Shown here in pieces: positions 49,726-61,920 of a stretch of DNA of 64,000 nt. Every line of letters starts with the position of its first letter. Within the stretch, counting starts at the first letter, position 1. The translations under genes were made by a program, and so were the position numbers. A model generated the notes under the pieces. That model was not told the origin of the DNA and did no database searches. It saw only the letters and a program-made list of their open reading frames with translations. This DNA is from Macrostomum lignano (Eukaryota), in NCBI GenBank assembly GCA_002269645.1, contig NIVC01002420.1:112107-176106 (forward strand), written 5' to 3'.

Positions 49726-50225
49726 AAGTTGGAGAACCTGTCCGATTGAGTCTCCAACTGTAACGGAGTGACTCTCACTGACCTGCCAGGATGAGCAGCA
49801 GCCGCCTGAGCATTGAATCTGCCGCCGTAACCTGTACGACCCGGATAGAATAAAGATGTTGAGGATGAAGACGGAGACGAGCCCAGCATAGCCATGGTTC
49901 TCGATCGCTTAGCCGAATTGCCCAGATTCAAGCTGAACTCATCATCATGGTGCCGCCTTTTGCCGCGTTCCACATTGGAAGAAACTGTTGCTGATGACCA
50001 CAGATGACTGCAATTGTTGTTGCTGCTAGGGCGATTTGCCGGCCCAGTCATGACGTCATCAGTGGCGGTTCCGCCTAGACCGCGGCGACGTCTTGCCTGC
50101 TGCTGAGAGGCCGACTGTTGCTGTTGCTGTTGAGGCGATGACTGACGGGGAGAAATACCGATTGCCGACTCTGCTGTGGAATCCGACTGTTGCTGAGGCT
50201 GCTGCTGCTGCTGACTGGTGGCAGG
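46681..50225 (-). CDS. NUP153: Nucleoporin Nup153-like large exon: N-terminal motif, 5 RanBP2-type zinc fingers, FG repeats
   Basis: PTAKKILDALDRLSTPLTDARRIP motif; five W-x-C-x2-C-x10-C-x2-C fingers; FG repeats. Frame stays open 58 codons upstream of ATG 50051 to an atctag| acceptor. GC|GTGAGT donor. Confidence 0.9.
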
Positions 50226-50344
50226 CTAGATAGTGATGTGGGAAAAAAACAACAGAATTATGACGTACTGAAAAATCAAAATACAATTACTTTATTCTAT
50301 ACGCAGGCATACAGACGCTCACACAGGGTGTACATGTACAGCGA

Positions 50345-50465
50345 TAACACTAATTGATTAAACATGCCCTAATAGACAAATGTGCAACCGACAGCTCAGC
50401 CGCAGCTATTGCGCAACGCATCTAAAGGCTGCGTACGGCTGTTCAGTCCAAGGACTGGGGGGTCG

Positions 50466-50530
<65 letters not shown>

Positions 50531-50695
50531 CAATTACCCCAGCTAATACTGGCACCCATTTTACAGCTGGGTGAACTGAAGCAATGCAGAGTTAAGAGTG
50601 TCTTGCTCAAGGCCACAGATTGTTCTGAGTGGGTCAGGAATCGAACCCTTGACCTTCCAGTCGTGAATCTGACGCTCTAAACCACTAGGCTACAA
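50345..50695 (-). mobile_element. tRNA-derived CORE-type SINE with internal (TG)n
   Basis: A box TAGCCTAGTGG (50692-50682) and B box GGTTCGATTCC (50647-50637), followed by CCTTGAGCAAGACACT...CAGCTGTAAAATGGG, which resembles the CORE domain. Confidence 0.8.
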
Positions 50696-51386
50696 GTCCC
50701 TAGGCTGACAACTTTAGTTTACGTGTAGAATACCTAAATAAATGGGACATGGAATCGAGTCTTTAATTAAATTAAACATTAATTTGGAGCTAAACTGGAA
50801 TCCCGACTTGGCTCTGCTCGTGCAATTAACGCCTTTGAGAGGGCCAACCCCCAAGGCACAATGAGGTGGACATGCCTAAGGGTAAATAAAGTTAGGGCCG
50901 CTGCAAACTCCTGTGTGAGTGTCTATCCAGGGAGTCGTGTGTGACAATGTCGCTTATATTGCGTGCACATTGCTTGATTATTAGTTACGTCACGAGGTGA
51001 CAAGCAGTAATGCCTATAATTCTAATCACTATGTAGCACACTTCAACTGTTTTCTTAATCTTCAATTATACATACCTGACCGTGATTACTATTACTAACA
51101 TGATTTCCATCGGTTTGTCCAGTAGCTGAGGCGCTGACTCCTTCGCCTCGACGGTTAGGCGTCAGAGCGTTGGACACAAACGATGGCACCAGAAAAGAGG
51201 TGAGGCGCTTCATTATGTTCTAAAATGGATGTTACATTTACAGTATGTACACGAGTTGTAGCTTAAATAAAAACATTTGATACCATTAGGTATATTCAGT
51301 TTTGAAATCATAAAAAGGACACTACTGACTAAGTAGTAGCATTGAATAATATACTTTAGTTTGTGAAATTTTTTAAGTACCTAAAA

Positions 51387-53287
51387 TAGTGATGGACCGA
51401 ATGTGGATTTTTGCAAGTTTCCGAAACTGAATCCGAATATACAAAAAATTCCGAAGTTGAATCTGAATGTAAGCAAAAAGTAAAAGGTAAACAGTGGGAG
51501 TAACTTTGACACTTTGATCTAATTAGTGCCCCACATTAATTGACAGACAAGATTCTCTGTCCTGGGCTTATACAATAACTATCTAGTATGGTGAATTGTT
51601 ACAATCTAACAAATTCTAATTACTAATACTGACTGATGTTACATTTGTGCAATTTGATAACTTTACTGTACTATAAGTCATTTGCATTTTGAAAACCAAG
51701 TAATGATGAGACTTAAACAATGATTACCCAAAATGTTTCTGCGACTTTAGTTTTAATGCCCTGAATGTCCCAAAGTTTAGTAACTTTACTTGATATAATT
51801 TTTTTCAAATACACATTCAAACAAAAACTGACATATGTAAAAATGAACAATATGATATAAAATATTGCATTTTTTGTTTTTTAATTTACTTTCTTACTAT
51901 AAAAGTGTGCAGGGCCCCTCCCAATTTCTTTATAAAATAGTCACCATTTAGTCAATTTGAATTCACGCCAAAAACTAAGAAACATATTTTGTTTTAACAC
52001 TCATATTTTCTATAATATTTTGCACTAACGAATTTTTGTTTAAAACTGTAGCAAATTTTAGTATAAATAGAAGCAATTTCAGTGGAGGAGAGACCAACCT
52101 CGCGCATCGTGGTTCCACAATAAGTAATTGATAGTGAATAGTAAGAGTTCCGAGAAAATAAGAATTGAAGAAGTGTTTTCTGTGTTAATTCCTTTTACGA
52201 AGTAAGAGTGAAATAGAAGCGTATACAGTACATACTATTGAGAAGCAGCAGTATTGAGTAGTAAGAGAATACAAAGTAGATCTGAAGTGATACATGTAAG
52301 ATAACCAGAGGCTGTGACCATACATGCGCAACCTTGGGAATCACTCGGCCGTTTCTATTGGCAACACATACATGTAAGTCGCTATTAGCTGAGAGCAGTC
52401 ACGTGACTACTATTCTGTCCAATAGCGACTTTCATGTGTGTGTTGCCAATAGAAATGGCCGGGTGAATCCCTAGGTTGCGCCCAAGCATGGCTGTGACCC
52501 TCTGATATCGGTAACGCCCAAGGACTTGCACAGTACATGTAATACATATACCAGTATAGCCAATAGACTACTCAGGCCAAAAGTACAGTAAACGCTATCG
52601 GAATCAGAATAAATGCTACCAGCATAACAGAGGAATAAAATCTATAAGGGCTAACAGTTTTCTAAGAATAATACTCAGACTAAATACTCAGACCTATTCT
52701 AAGAAATATTCTTAGACTTATTCTAAGATTAATAAACTCATAATTTATTAATAGAATAGTCTTGGTGGCAGCTACCAACATTTATAAAGACAGAAGATTA
52801 GCCCTTTGACAACTTGGTGGCAGTGAGTAAGACTAGAAAAAGAATAATTAAGAGCCCTGGGACAGCTTTTGGTGGCATTTAGTGGGATTAAAATTAATAA
52901 AGCAGGAGGTAAAAGCACTGTTACAGCATTTGGTGGCTGATCGGAGGGATTTTGTATCGCACAGGAACACCACTATTACAATTTGGTACCAGCAGTGGGA
53001 TAGCTAAAGAGGGAAGCAAACCCCCTGTTACAACTTTAGTACCAGCGGTGGGATAAGTGACTAGGCAAGGGCTAACAATTAGGAAGACAGAGTGAACAGG
53101 CCTATCACAAAAGGTTTATTTCTTTTTCATTTGCATTTGTTTTAGTTTTTTTTATTTTTTTTTCATTTTTAGAAGCACATTTGGAAATATTTAAATTTTT
53201 TTTCAAATCTAAAACATCCATATTTACAAAAAAGTGAGACATTTTTTGGATTCAGATTCTGAATCCAAATATTTGGATTCATCACTA
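51387..53287. mobile_element. Non-autonomous hAT-like DNA transposon with 8-bp TSD
   Basis: Termini TAGTGATG...CATCACTA; identical flanking ACCTAAAA at 51379-51386 and 53288-53295; GAATCCGAAT-like subterminal motifs. Confidence 0.75.
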
Positions 53288-53469
53288 ACCTAAAATATTG
53301 ATAAATTAAAGGCCTAAATTTCCATGTTTACTGAATATTGCACTATATATAAACTTAGAGCATTTATGGTTCCTATCTAGTTTATATATGTTTGAGTTAT
53401 ACAAATCCATATTTAGAAATTTTACAAATCATTAGATTAATATTCATAAGGATTCTAACAAAATAAAAA

Positions 53470-54010
53470 CCTATATTCAATCTAGAAGAAATGGAAGTGC
53501 TAATATGTTGCAACAAAAGTTGGAATAAGAAAAATAAATTTGTTGGACCACTTAACTCATTCCCAAAAGGATTGCAGTTGCCTGTGAATATGATAAAAGA
53601 ATGTGATACAAGGTAGTAAAAGAATATATATATTCAGAATATTCAAACATAAATTAATTCAACTAAATATTCTGGTTAAATTAAAATTGGAAAATTGATC
53701 ATCTAAATACTAAATAGTTGCTTTTATATGGAGCAAAGATTTGGAAAAAAAGAGTTGAGTATTAGTGTTGTGGCTCATAAATAAAGGGAAAAAATTAAAA
53801 ATGGGACAATATAAGACACATCTTGAGGAAAGGCATAAGTGCTTGAGCAGTCATTAATCATGTTATGCTCAGATTTGAGGCTTTAGAAGAAATGGAACAT
53901 TAAGAATCAAGTTTATAGAACATGGATTTAGAGGCCCTAATTCCCACAAACTCATAGAGATAGGGTTGGCATTTAGTCTGGGTGCATTTCATTGAACAAC
54001 AACTAAAGAT
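53470..54010 (+). pseudogene. Possible highly degraded Merlin/IS1595-like transposase relic
   Basis: Scattered motifs across frames with stops: WKC..TKVGIRK, KNGTI, INH, NQVYRTW. Weak. Confidence 0.3.
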
Positions 54011-54898
54011 ATAGGCTTATTGGTTAAGGGCCAAACTTTGAAAATGTTATTTAAACCAAAAATTTTGGCATCCATTTGATTTGGTATATATTATATACAT
54101 TTGGTTCTAGAATACATTCTGGCATATGGAAGGACATATAGGTCAAGGGCTGCTAAAGATATATTACTAACTAAAATATTTATATTTAATATTATTCTAT
54201 ATTCAAATTGGTTCTATTAGGTATTCAAGTCAACCTGAATTGGTTAAAATTTTCATTTAGTCTCATTTTTAACTGAGCTATATTTTGCAGCACCTAAGAT
54301 ATCATTTTAATGCTAAGGTAGGGGCCTATGCTAGGCCTATGCATATAAAATAAAGCCAAGAGAAGCCATTTAAAAACAAGCATATATTATTGGGCTTCTA
54401 CAATCAAAACAATTTTAGTCAATAGTAAACTAATGTTGCAATCTTCAAATTGATGTTTTTACTTTTAATAGACCTAAAATTAAATAAAACAACTTAAAAG
54501 CCTTGGTCTATTCCATAGTTTGGATTGTGTATTAGTATATTTTGGGTCTAATGGGAGAAACTTGTTTGTACATCAGGACTAAAAAATGTTTTTATTATGT
54601 ATGCCAAAGTTGTACACTTTTTTAGTCTTGAATTCATTTTGCACTTTTGCAATGTTTATGGAGAGAAGACAATTATAAAAGAAATACTTTTTATTTGCTG
54701 AAAATTTAAGAAAAAAAAGTTTTTAGGGCAGAAAGTTTCAAATTGTTTTTATCATTCTTTGTTCCATGTTGAAAAATTGCAAGTACCCTTGCCAAATCCT
54801 GCATACATGTTGCCTTTCAAACTATGAGGTCTATTCATTTCAATGCCAAATATTTGTGTAGATAGTAGAAGATAAGTATTTGCTAAAAAGATGGTTGA

Positions 54899-56594
54899 AG
54901 CCATAGTCAAGGTCATGGCATGCCTGCACCAGAATAAATCCTACAAAAAAAGTGTGCTTGCACCATGTACCAGAACTATTCTTATCAAATAAGTTTGCTT
55001 ATACCATGTGCTAGAACTTTTTGTGCAAAAATACTAGTAAAACTTGAATTTACATTTGTTTCATAGAAAGTACAATGTTAACATATTTCGATTAAAAAAG
55101 CTGTTTGCAATCTTCAAGAATCATTCACTAAACTTGGATTTATGCAAAATTTGTACTAAAACATGCTGGGAAATATGGAAACAATGTCTATAAGACAAAA
55201 AGCTACATAATCAAGACAGAAAGCAAGGAAATAGAAAAATAAAAAATGCACCACTGCAGTGTTTGTCTAGCTGGCAATAGCATTATGCACCTTCAATATC
55301 AAGCAGGTGATCAATATATCAATGGCTTCACCTGGGATTTCAAGGATTGTTGGTTGCAGATTTTGATCTGCAAGGACTTATTCTTTGAGGCATTAAAGCT
55401 CAGCCTAGTGCAGCTAATCCAGCTCATCTACTAGTGGTCAATTGAGATAAAGCAAGGAGAAGCTGCTCACTAGGTACAGACAAGCCCACAAACACTTGTT
55501 GATTATCATAATTTTATTAGGGACATCTATGCCCAAGTACTCATTGACTATCTAATTGAACTAGGAGGCCTTGGTTAAGAGGTCAAAATAGATATCTTAT
55601 TTTTTGCACCAAAATTTTTATTAAGGTGCATACTAGCCTGGCCAATAGGTGCTAGGAATGGTAGAACATGGCATTTAGAAATGCATGATAGTGCCAGTTG
55701 AGGATAGAATTGCAACAACTTTGCTGCTAATTATCACATGGCATAATCTTCTGGGCACTTGCATCTTGACTAATAGCTGGCAAGTGTACAACCAGCTGCC
55801 TAACCATGGTGTTATGAACCATCAACTGCATTTTATGAACCTACAAGATGCAACAATGTATACAAATCTTATTGAAAGCACATGGGCTCATGCCAAAGCT
55901 TGCTTCTGTACTATACAAGGCATGAATGCTGTACTCTTTGAGTTGCATCTTAAAGAATTCCTTTGACATAAGATGTACTTACAAAATGTATTTGGCAGTA
56001 TCATATATTGGATTGGGCACTATTACCCTTGAAATGGACTTTTTAAATGCAAGCAACTAACTAAAAAGATCAACCTCTTTGTTCATAGTTATTTAGTTTG
56101 TTTCTAGTTATATTTTGTCATTGGAAATTTAAATTTTCCTACAAAATTGAATTTAGCAAACAAGAAATTCTTGAAGATTGTCAAAGCTATTAATATACCA
56201 AAGAACAAAAAATGCTAATTTTCTATCTGCAAAAATATAGTCTTATCAAAATTTTTTGTCTTGAGTGAAATTGCATCAGTTTTTTGTTTTCTATTCTTTT
56301 CCTTACCTGTTGTTGCATTGGAATGTGCTAGCACAATACATGTTCAACATGCAATTCAAGGCAATTCAAAGTTAATTTTAAAATTTTGACAATAAATTAG
56401 ATTTTCAAATAATATACTAGAATTGTCTATAGTTATTAGCAAAAAATATACCTAAATCAATAATATATAAAACTATTTTGTTTTATTAAGATTCAAGAAT
56501 GCCAAATATACATGCTAAATATGCATTCCAATGAACTATAAAGGGCTAATGCATAAAAAATACTAGTATATAGGATACCTTCTTGACTATGGCC
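54899..56594 (+). mobile_element. Merlin-superfamily DNA transposon (decayed)
   Basis: Inverted termini (A/G)GCCATAGTCAAG ... CTTGACTATGGCC enclose the transposase. Flanks ATGGTTGA / ATGACTAA differ only by transitions, a possible decayed 8-bp TSD. Confidence 0.7.
55246..56032 (+). pseudogene. Merlin (IS1595/ISXO2-like DDE) transposase pseudogene
   Basis: Motifs: KLSLVQLIQLIY, VDYHNFIRD, LGGLG*EVKID, VPVEDRIATTLL..GTCILTNSW..YNQL...NH, TNLIESTWAHAK, HLKEFL*, GHYYP. Multiple stops. Confidence 0.88.
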
Positions 56595-57305
56595 ATGACT
56601 AAGATTTCAGTATTTGCTCCATAGCACCACACTCTAAATCATATAGTATATGCCCAAAAATTCAGGTATACATTGACCTTGCATGCCAAAAGTTAGAGTT
56701 AGACATGCATAGTTGGCATGCATTACTCTTAAGAACTAGTATATATGCCAGGGTCAAGATTGTGTACCGCTATATGCTGGAACGAAAATTACTTCTGTAG
56801 CTCATGCATGCCAATGTACACCAATGAACTTTTAATTGCATACAAAAATATGCCAAAAAAATTACAAATTACAACTAATATTAAAAGCTTGCAAAATTTT
56901 AATATTCAAACAACTTATATGTTAAACTGAAAATCTTTTCACTAAACTATATAGAGAACTAGTTCATTTTAACTATTTTTGCTTTACTTTTACTTTCTTA
57001 GAAAAGTTAAACATGGTTTTTTTCATTTAGTTTTCTGTTTTTTTTCATAAAGGGCCAAACTATTCTTTCTGATCAAAATTTAGCTATTGTAACTATGTAC
57101 ATTTTTTTATGCTAATTATGTAGATTGATTGTTGGGACTTTGAACTTTAAGTCCCACCTGCTGGTCTCGGCAATCTCTATATGCCAAGCTGTATGCCAAG
57201 AGGGCATGCCAGGCCCCTTTGTATGCCAAGTTATATGCCAATGGTGTAATCTAGGTCCCTTTGTACACTAGAAAATTTTGGCATACATGTATACCATCCG
57301 GAGTC

Positions 57306-58244
57306 CCATAGTCAGGAAGATGATATTTTACTCAGAAAATTCCGGCGTACACAGGGAATTTTTGGGCCAATTTTGGCATACACGGCGTACCACAGTTTAG
57401 AGAAAGTACCCCATGGCATGTAATGGCATACCACGACACACACAATTGTAAGCCGCACCACCGTGGGCATAGGGCCTTGCCCTGTCTGCCTACCCACAAT
57501 ATCCTGAATCCTGATACATAAAATTTATTTTTTAAAAACTGTTTTTTAAAACTGAAAAAGAAAGAAAAAGTGTTTTTTTCTAGTACTAATTTTCTTCTGT
57601 TAAAGTCATTGAAATTTCAACACAAATGAAAACTTTGCTAAAGTTTGACTTTTACATTATTTTAAACTTCCGTTATTATTTAATGGATTATTATTGAATC
57701 TTCCGTTCACATGAACTGCTACTATAAGAATTTATTGTAAATTAAAGAAAGCTAAACAGCTAGGCAGTGGCTCTTATTATATTTGGTTAAAAGACAGCGG
57801 AGTATGAAGTAAGGAGAAGAAGGTACAGATTATCCATAGTTGGCATTGTTTATTTATAGCCATCAGGAGCATTGCCAGAAACTTCTAGAATATTCTGAGC
57901 ATTATAACAAAACAAATATTAACTATTGATTCCTATTATATTTGCATTAATTGTAGTACTGCCTTACTATAATAAATTATACATTGAATATTTATAAATG
58001 CGAGTATTAAAATTAGTTACTGTAAGAAAAAATTTTGAGAATTTAATTAGTACTCTATGGGGAAATTTCTAGAAATAAATAATTCATATTTAATGCATCA
58101 AACTTTCGCGAAGGTCACTATACCACTCCTACCCCCCCGGTCCATCGGCGTACCACCGGGTTCCAATCTTGGCATACATGGTGTACCAATTTTTTTTACA
58201 GACTTTTTTTCCGGCATACCCATGCCATGATCCTGACTATGGCC
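57306..58244 (-). mobile_element. Inverted, internally deleted copy of the same Merlin-like family
   Basis: Termini CCATAGTCAGGA ... TCCTGACTATGG; end types swapped relative to 54899-56594; GGCGTAC/GGCATAC subterminal motifs; flanks CCGGAGTC / CCAAAGTC. Confidence 0.55.
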
Positions 58245-60361
58245 AAAGTCTAGTTGCATACCTGACACCTGGTATGCATTTTATATAATCAAGTAGGGTG
58301 AAATAGAAGGTTATGTAAAGTAAAAAATAAAGAGTTCAATCAATTTTAAGCATAAAATTTAAGCTTTCCAGTTTTTAAATTCATAATAAAGCATTTAAAC
58401 AAATGTTTCTGCATATTGATTTTTTATTTTAAATAATATAGATAAGAAAGAAATAATAAGCCAAAAATTAGTTATCAAAAGTTATCAGCAAAAAAGGTCC
58501 TTTATAGTCATTTACTGTTAAAATGCAAAAATGTCATTTATTGTTGCAACACTGGCCTAGATTTGAAGAGTGTGGGTATGCACTCAATTTTTTATATGCA
58601 TTTATAACTAGGCCTAATCTATTCTTGTTTGGATATGCACCTAGCATGATCTAGATTATGGCTGCAGAAATTATTTGCCACATCTACTGCTTGTTGCATT
58701 GGTTATGTGCTTGTTAATCACATAAATTTTAGTGGCATACAATTACTTGAACACTAAATTGGTGTATTTACTGGCATACTCTTTACTAGATAGCCAAATG
58801 ATGAAAATAATTTAGCATAAAGCATAAACTGGATAATAGCCAAATTTCACTCATACAAACGTTCCCGTTTTCAACAAAAACTTTAATAAATATGACTAAA
58901 ATTGGATCTGGATCTATGTAGCAGGCCTAATCAGCCTGATCATGAAAATTGCTTACATCGTCCTCCATGGTAATTAGCTGGCATACTAAAAAAGGTAATT
59001 TAGAAAGATAGAAAGTACTTATGTTATTCGCAATAAATTTTTGGAATAATAGGTGGAATATGAATTTAAGTTGTGATTATGATTACATTGCAAGCAAGAA
59101 AATAATTATTAGTGATGGAGAAACCTCAAGTCTGTGTATAAATCGATACGTGAAAAAAGATGTTTTTAAATTTGTGCACAAAAAGTAGAAACAATTGTTT
59201 TTTATAACAAATGCACTACACAATCAGACCAAAAGTAATAAGTGGTAATATTTATTATCAATGCTTCGAAAAAAGGATTATATTTATTTCGGAGACACTG
59301 TAAGGTATAGCTGAAGAGCGTGCTGTTTTAATAGATGACTTTCGTTTAATTCGCTCAATACATTAACAAAAAGACCCTTAATATTGAGCTTTGTCCCGTC
59401 AGATTTTAGAGATATTATAAAGAAGACAAAGAAGGAACAAAAAAATTTGTAGGCAGCAAAACATTATGTGACGAACCTAATTATTTATGTACATGTAATT
59501 ATAAATAAAAGTAACGTGCACCCTGGCTAATTTTACTATCCTTTTATATATGTACACGCATAATTGCTACACTTTGTACCTGAAGTAACTGAGTTCTTAG
59601 CTATTTTCTTTTCGATCTTAAGTAACAGAAAAATACAAAAACCCTTTACAGATCAGAGTTCTAGCCTGACTGATGCATGTAGAGCTCGCGAGCTACAGGT
59701 ACACGTATTCCTCATAGAAATTTCTTGAGGCTATCCAGGAAAGTCCTTTACATACTGATAAAGGCACGTCCTGGCACCCCCACTAATTTTTGGGCACTCT
59801 TCCTTCCTCCCTGTGATTCCTGCCATTCCAGATCCGCCATCATTAACTAAGTAAATTGCACATCTCCACACTGACTTCTGAAAGCGTGTACATGTACTAC
59901 AAGACAAAAAGGATGGTTTTGAGATGGCGAGAGTGATGCAGGTGAAGAATTCGAACGTGTGAAGTGCAAATTTTGATATTTTTTAAAAATTATTTACATT
60001 AAACTTTGCGACTGGATGGGACGTCGTTACACGTTTGAAAAGCGGGGGGAGAGAAATACATGTACTGTCATGTACTTGCGCCGGTTTGCTTCGCGTGATC
60101 GGCTCTCATGAAAGATTTATATCGGGTATTGATCTAAAAATTGTTTTTTGTTTGTGAGTACATGTACATATTACAAATATAGTTTTTTCTCAGGCTTATT
60201 TAAACCAATTTAAGTGACTCACTGATCAGCTTTTTTATTTCAGACCAATAATTATTTTACTGAAATTACGTGCAGTATTAACACAGCCATGCAGTAGTAC
60301 ATGTAAAAGGAAATTTACTTATTCAGCATATTTGTATTAATTAGATACATGTAAATCTCCT

Positions 60362-61075
60362 TGGTGATGGCGCCCCTTGGTGCTGGCGCCCCTTGGTGCT
60401 GGCGCCCCTTGGTGCTGGCGCCCCTTGGTGCTGGCGCCCCTTGGTGCTGGCGCCCCTTGGTGCTGGCGCCCCTTGGTGCTGGCGCCCCTTGGTGCTGGCG
60501 CCCCTTGGTGCTGGCGCCCCTTGGTGCTGGCGCCCCTTGGTGCTGGCGCCCCTTGGTGCTGGCGCCCCTTGGTGCTGGCGCCCCTTGGTGCTGGCGCCCC
60601 TTGGTGCTGGCGCCCCTTGGTGCTGGCGCCCCTTGGTGCTGGCGCCCCTTGGTGCTGGCGCCCCTTGGTGCTGGCGCCCCTTGGTGCTGGCGCCCCTTGG
60701 TGCTGGCGCCCCTTGGTGCTGGCGCCCCTTGGTGCTGGCGCCCCTTGGTGCTGGCGCCCCTTGGTGCTGGCGCCCCTTGGTGCTGGCGCCCCTTGGTGCT
60801 GGCGCCCCTTGGTGCTGGCGCCCCTTGGTGCTGGCGCCCCTTGGTGCTGGCGCCCCTTGGTGCTGGCGCCCCTTGGTGCTGGCGCCCCTTGGTGCTGGCG
60901 CCCCTTGGTGCTGGCGCCCCTTGATGCTGGAGCCCCTTGGTGCTTGCGCCCCTTGGTGCTAAAGCCCCTAACTGGTGCTAAAGCCCCTAACTGGTGCTAA
61001 AGCCCCTAACTGGTGCTAAAGCCCCTAACTGGTGCTAAAGCCCCTAACTGGTGCTAAAGCCCCTTGGTGCTGAAG
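60362..61075. repeat. 16-bp tandem array (GCCCCTTGGTGCTGGC) grading into a 19-bp variant (GCCCCTAACTGGTGCTAAA)
   Basis: Direct reading; sister of the 20805-21638 array. Confidence 0.97.
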
Positions 61076-61199
61076 CTCCTTAAAACTGTTTAATGGTTCC
61101 AAGTCTAAAATCTCGTTACGCTTTGAACAAAAAGAAGTGCAAAGGGAATTGGAATTCAAGGTTTCAATTAGCTCGTATATGGATACCAGCGTAATAATT

Positions 61200-61920
61200 C
61201 AATGGTAGGTGTTGATATAACTGCAGTGACAAATACAGCAACGAATTTGTCGTTGCTAGTAGGATCGATGCGGCTGCACAGTCGGGAAGTGCCGCTGAAG
61301 ATGCGAATAATCGAGGACGTGAGCTGTATTCAACTGAGTTTGTTCAAGATACTGAAGATCAGATCCAACAGCTTGTCTATAAGCGTTTACCACTCACTAC
61401 TCTCTAGTGAGCACAGAAGCCCCGCGGTGTCTAACAAGGCAGCCAAAAAAGCGGCAACCAAACCTGCATTTACCATGAGACCAAAGAAGGCAACTGACTT
61501 GATGGACCAGATGAAAATGTGCTACTCAGTGAATTACAAGTCACGACAGTGACATGTAGCCATGTTCTGCAATGTGCTCCATCGAAGAAGGCCTTTTCTG
61601 AGCTCACTTGGAACGACACTAGCTGGAGCAATAGCCTGCCCAGAGAGCTGAGCACGTCAGAACTATCCTTAGCGCCAGTTGCAGCAAGTGGTGAATGCCA
61701 CAAAGGCCAGGATGTCACATTGTGTGGCTGACCTGCTGATCGCAAAACTATTGCTCGGAGCAGCTGCAGTCAGTCTGTCTTGAATGCATGGGCGAGCCAG
61801 TGGAGTGAAATATATTCTTGTGCTGTTTACTGACAAACTGCTGTACCTTTCTGATCTAGTCTGGAATGACTTTTTCAATATTGATTTTTCCAAGGTGCTT
61901 CGTCCAGCGCAGGTAATGTA
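61200..61920 (+). pseudogene. Possible decayed hAT-like transposase fragment
   Basis: Frame-broken AVSLS/LNAWAS resembles the first catalytic-Asp strand (SLTxDxWTS), with an LP-x-x-LS-like motif upstream. Weak. Confidence 0.3.

Noticed and set aside
50625-50695. tRNA gene
   Set aside because: Has A and B boxes but no acceptor stem and runs into a CORE-like body, so it is a SINE head.
51125-51170. Possible HDV-like ribozyme from alternative stems GAGGCG/CGCCTC and CTGAC/GTCAG
   Set aside because: Cannot fit the P1-P4 nested pseudoknot spacing.
60361-61000. GAGAPWCWRPLVLAPL ORFs
   Set aside because: 16-bp repeat artefact.
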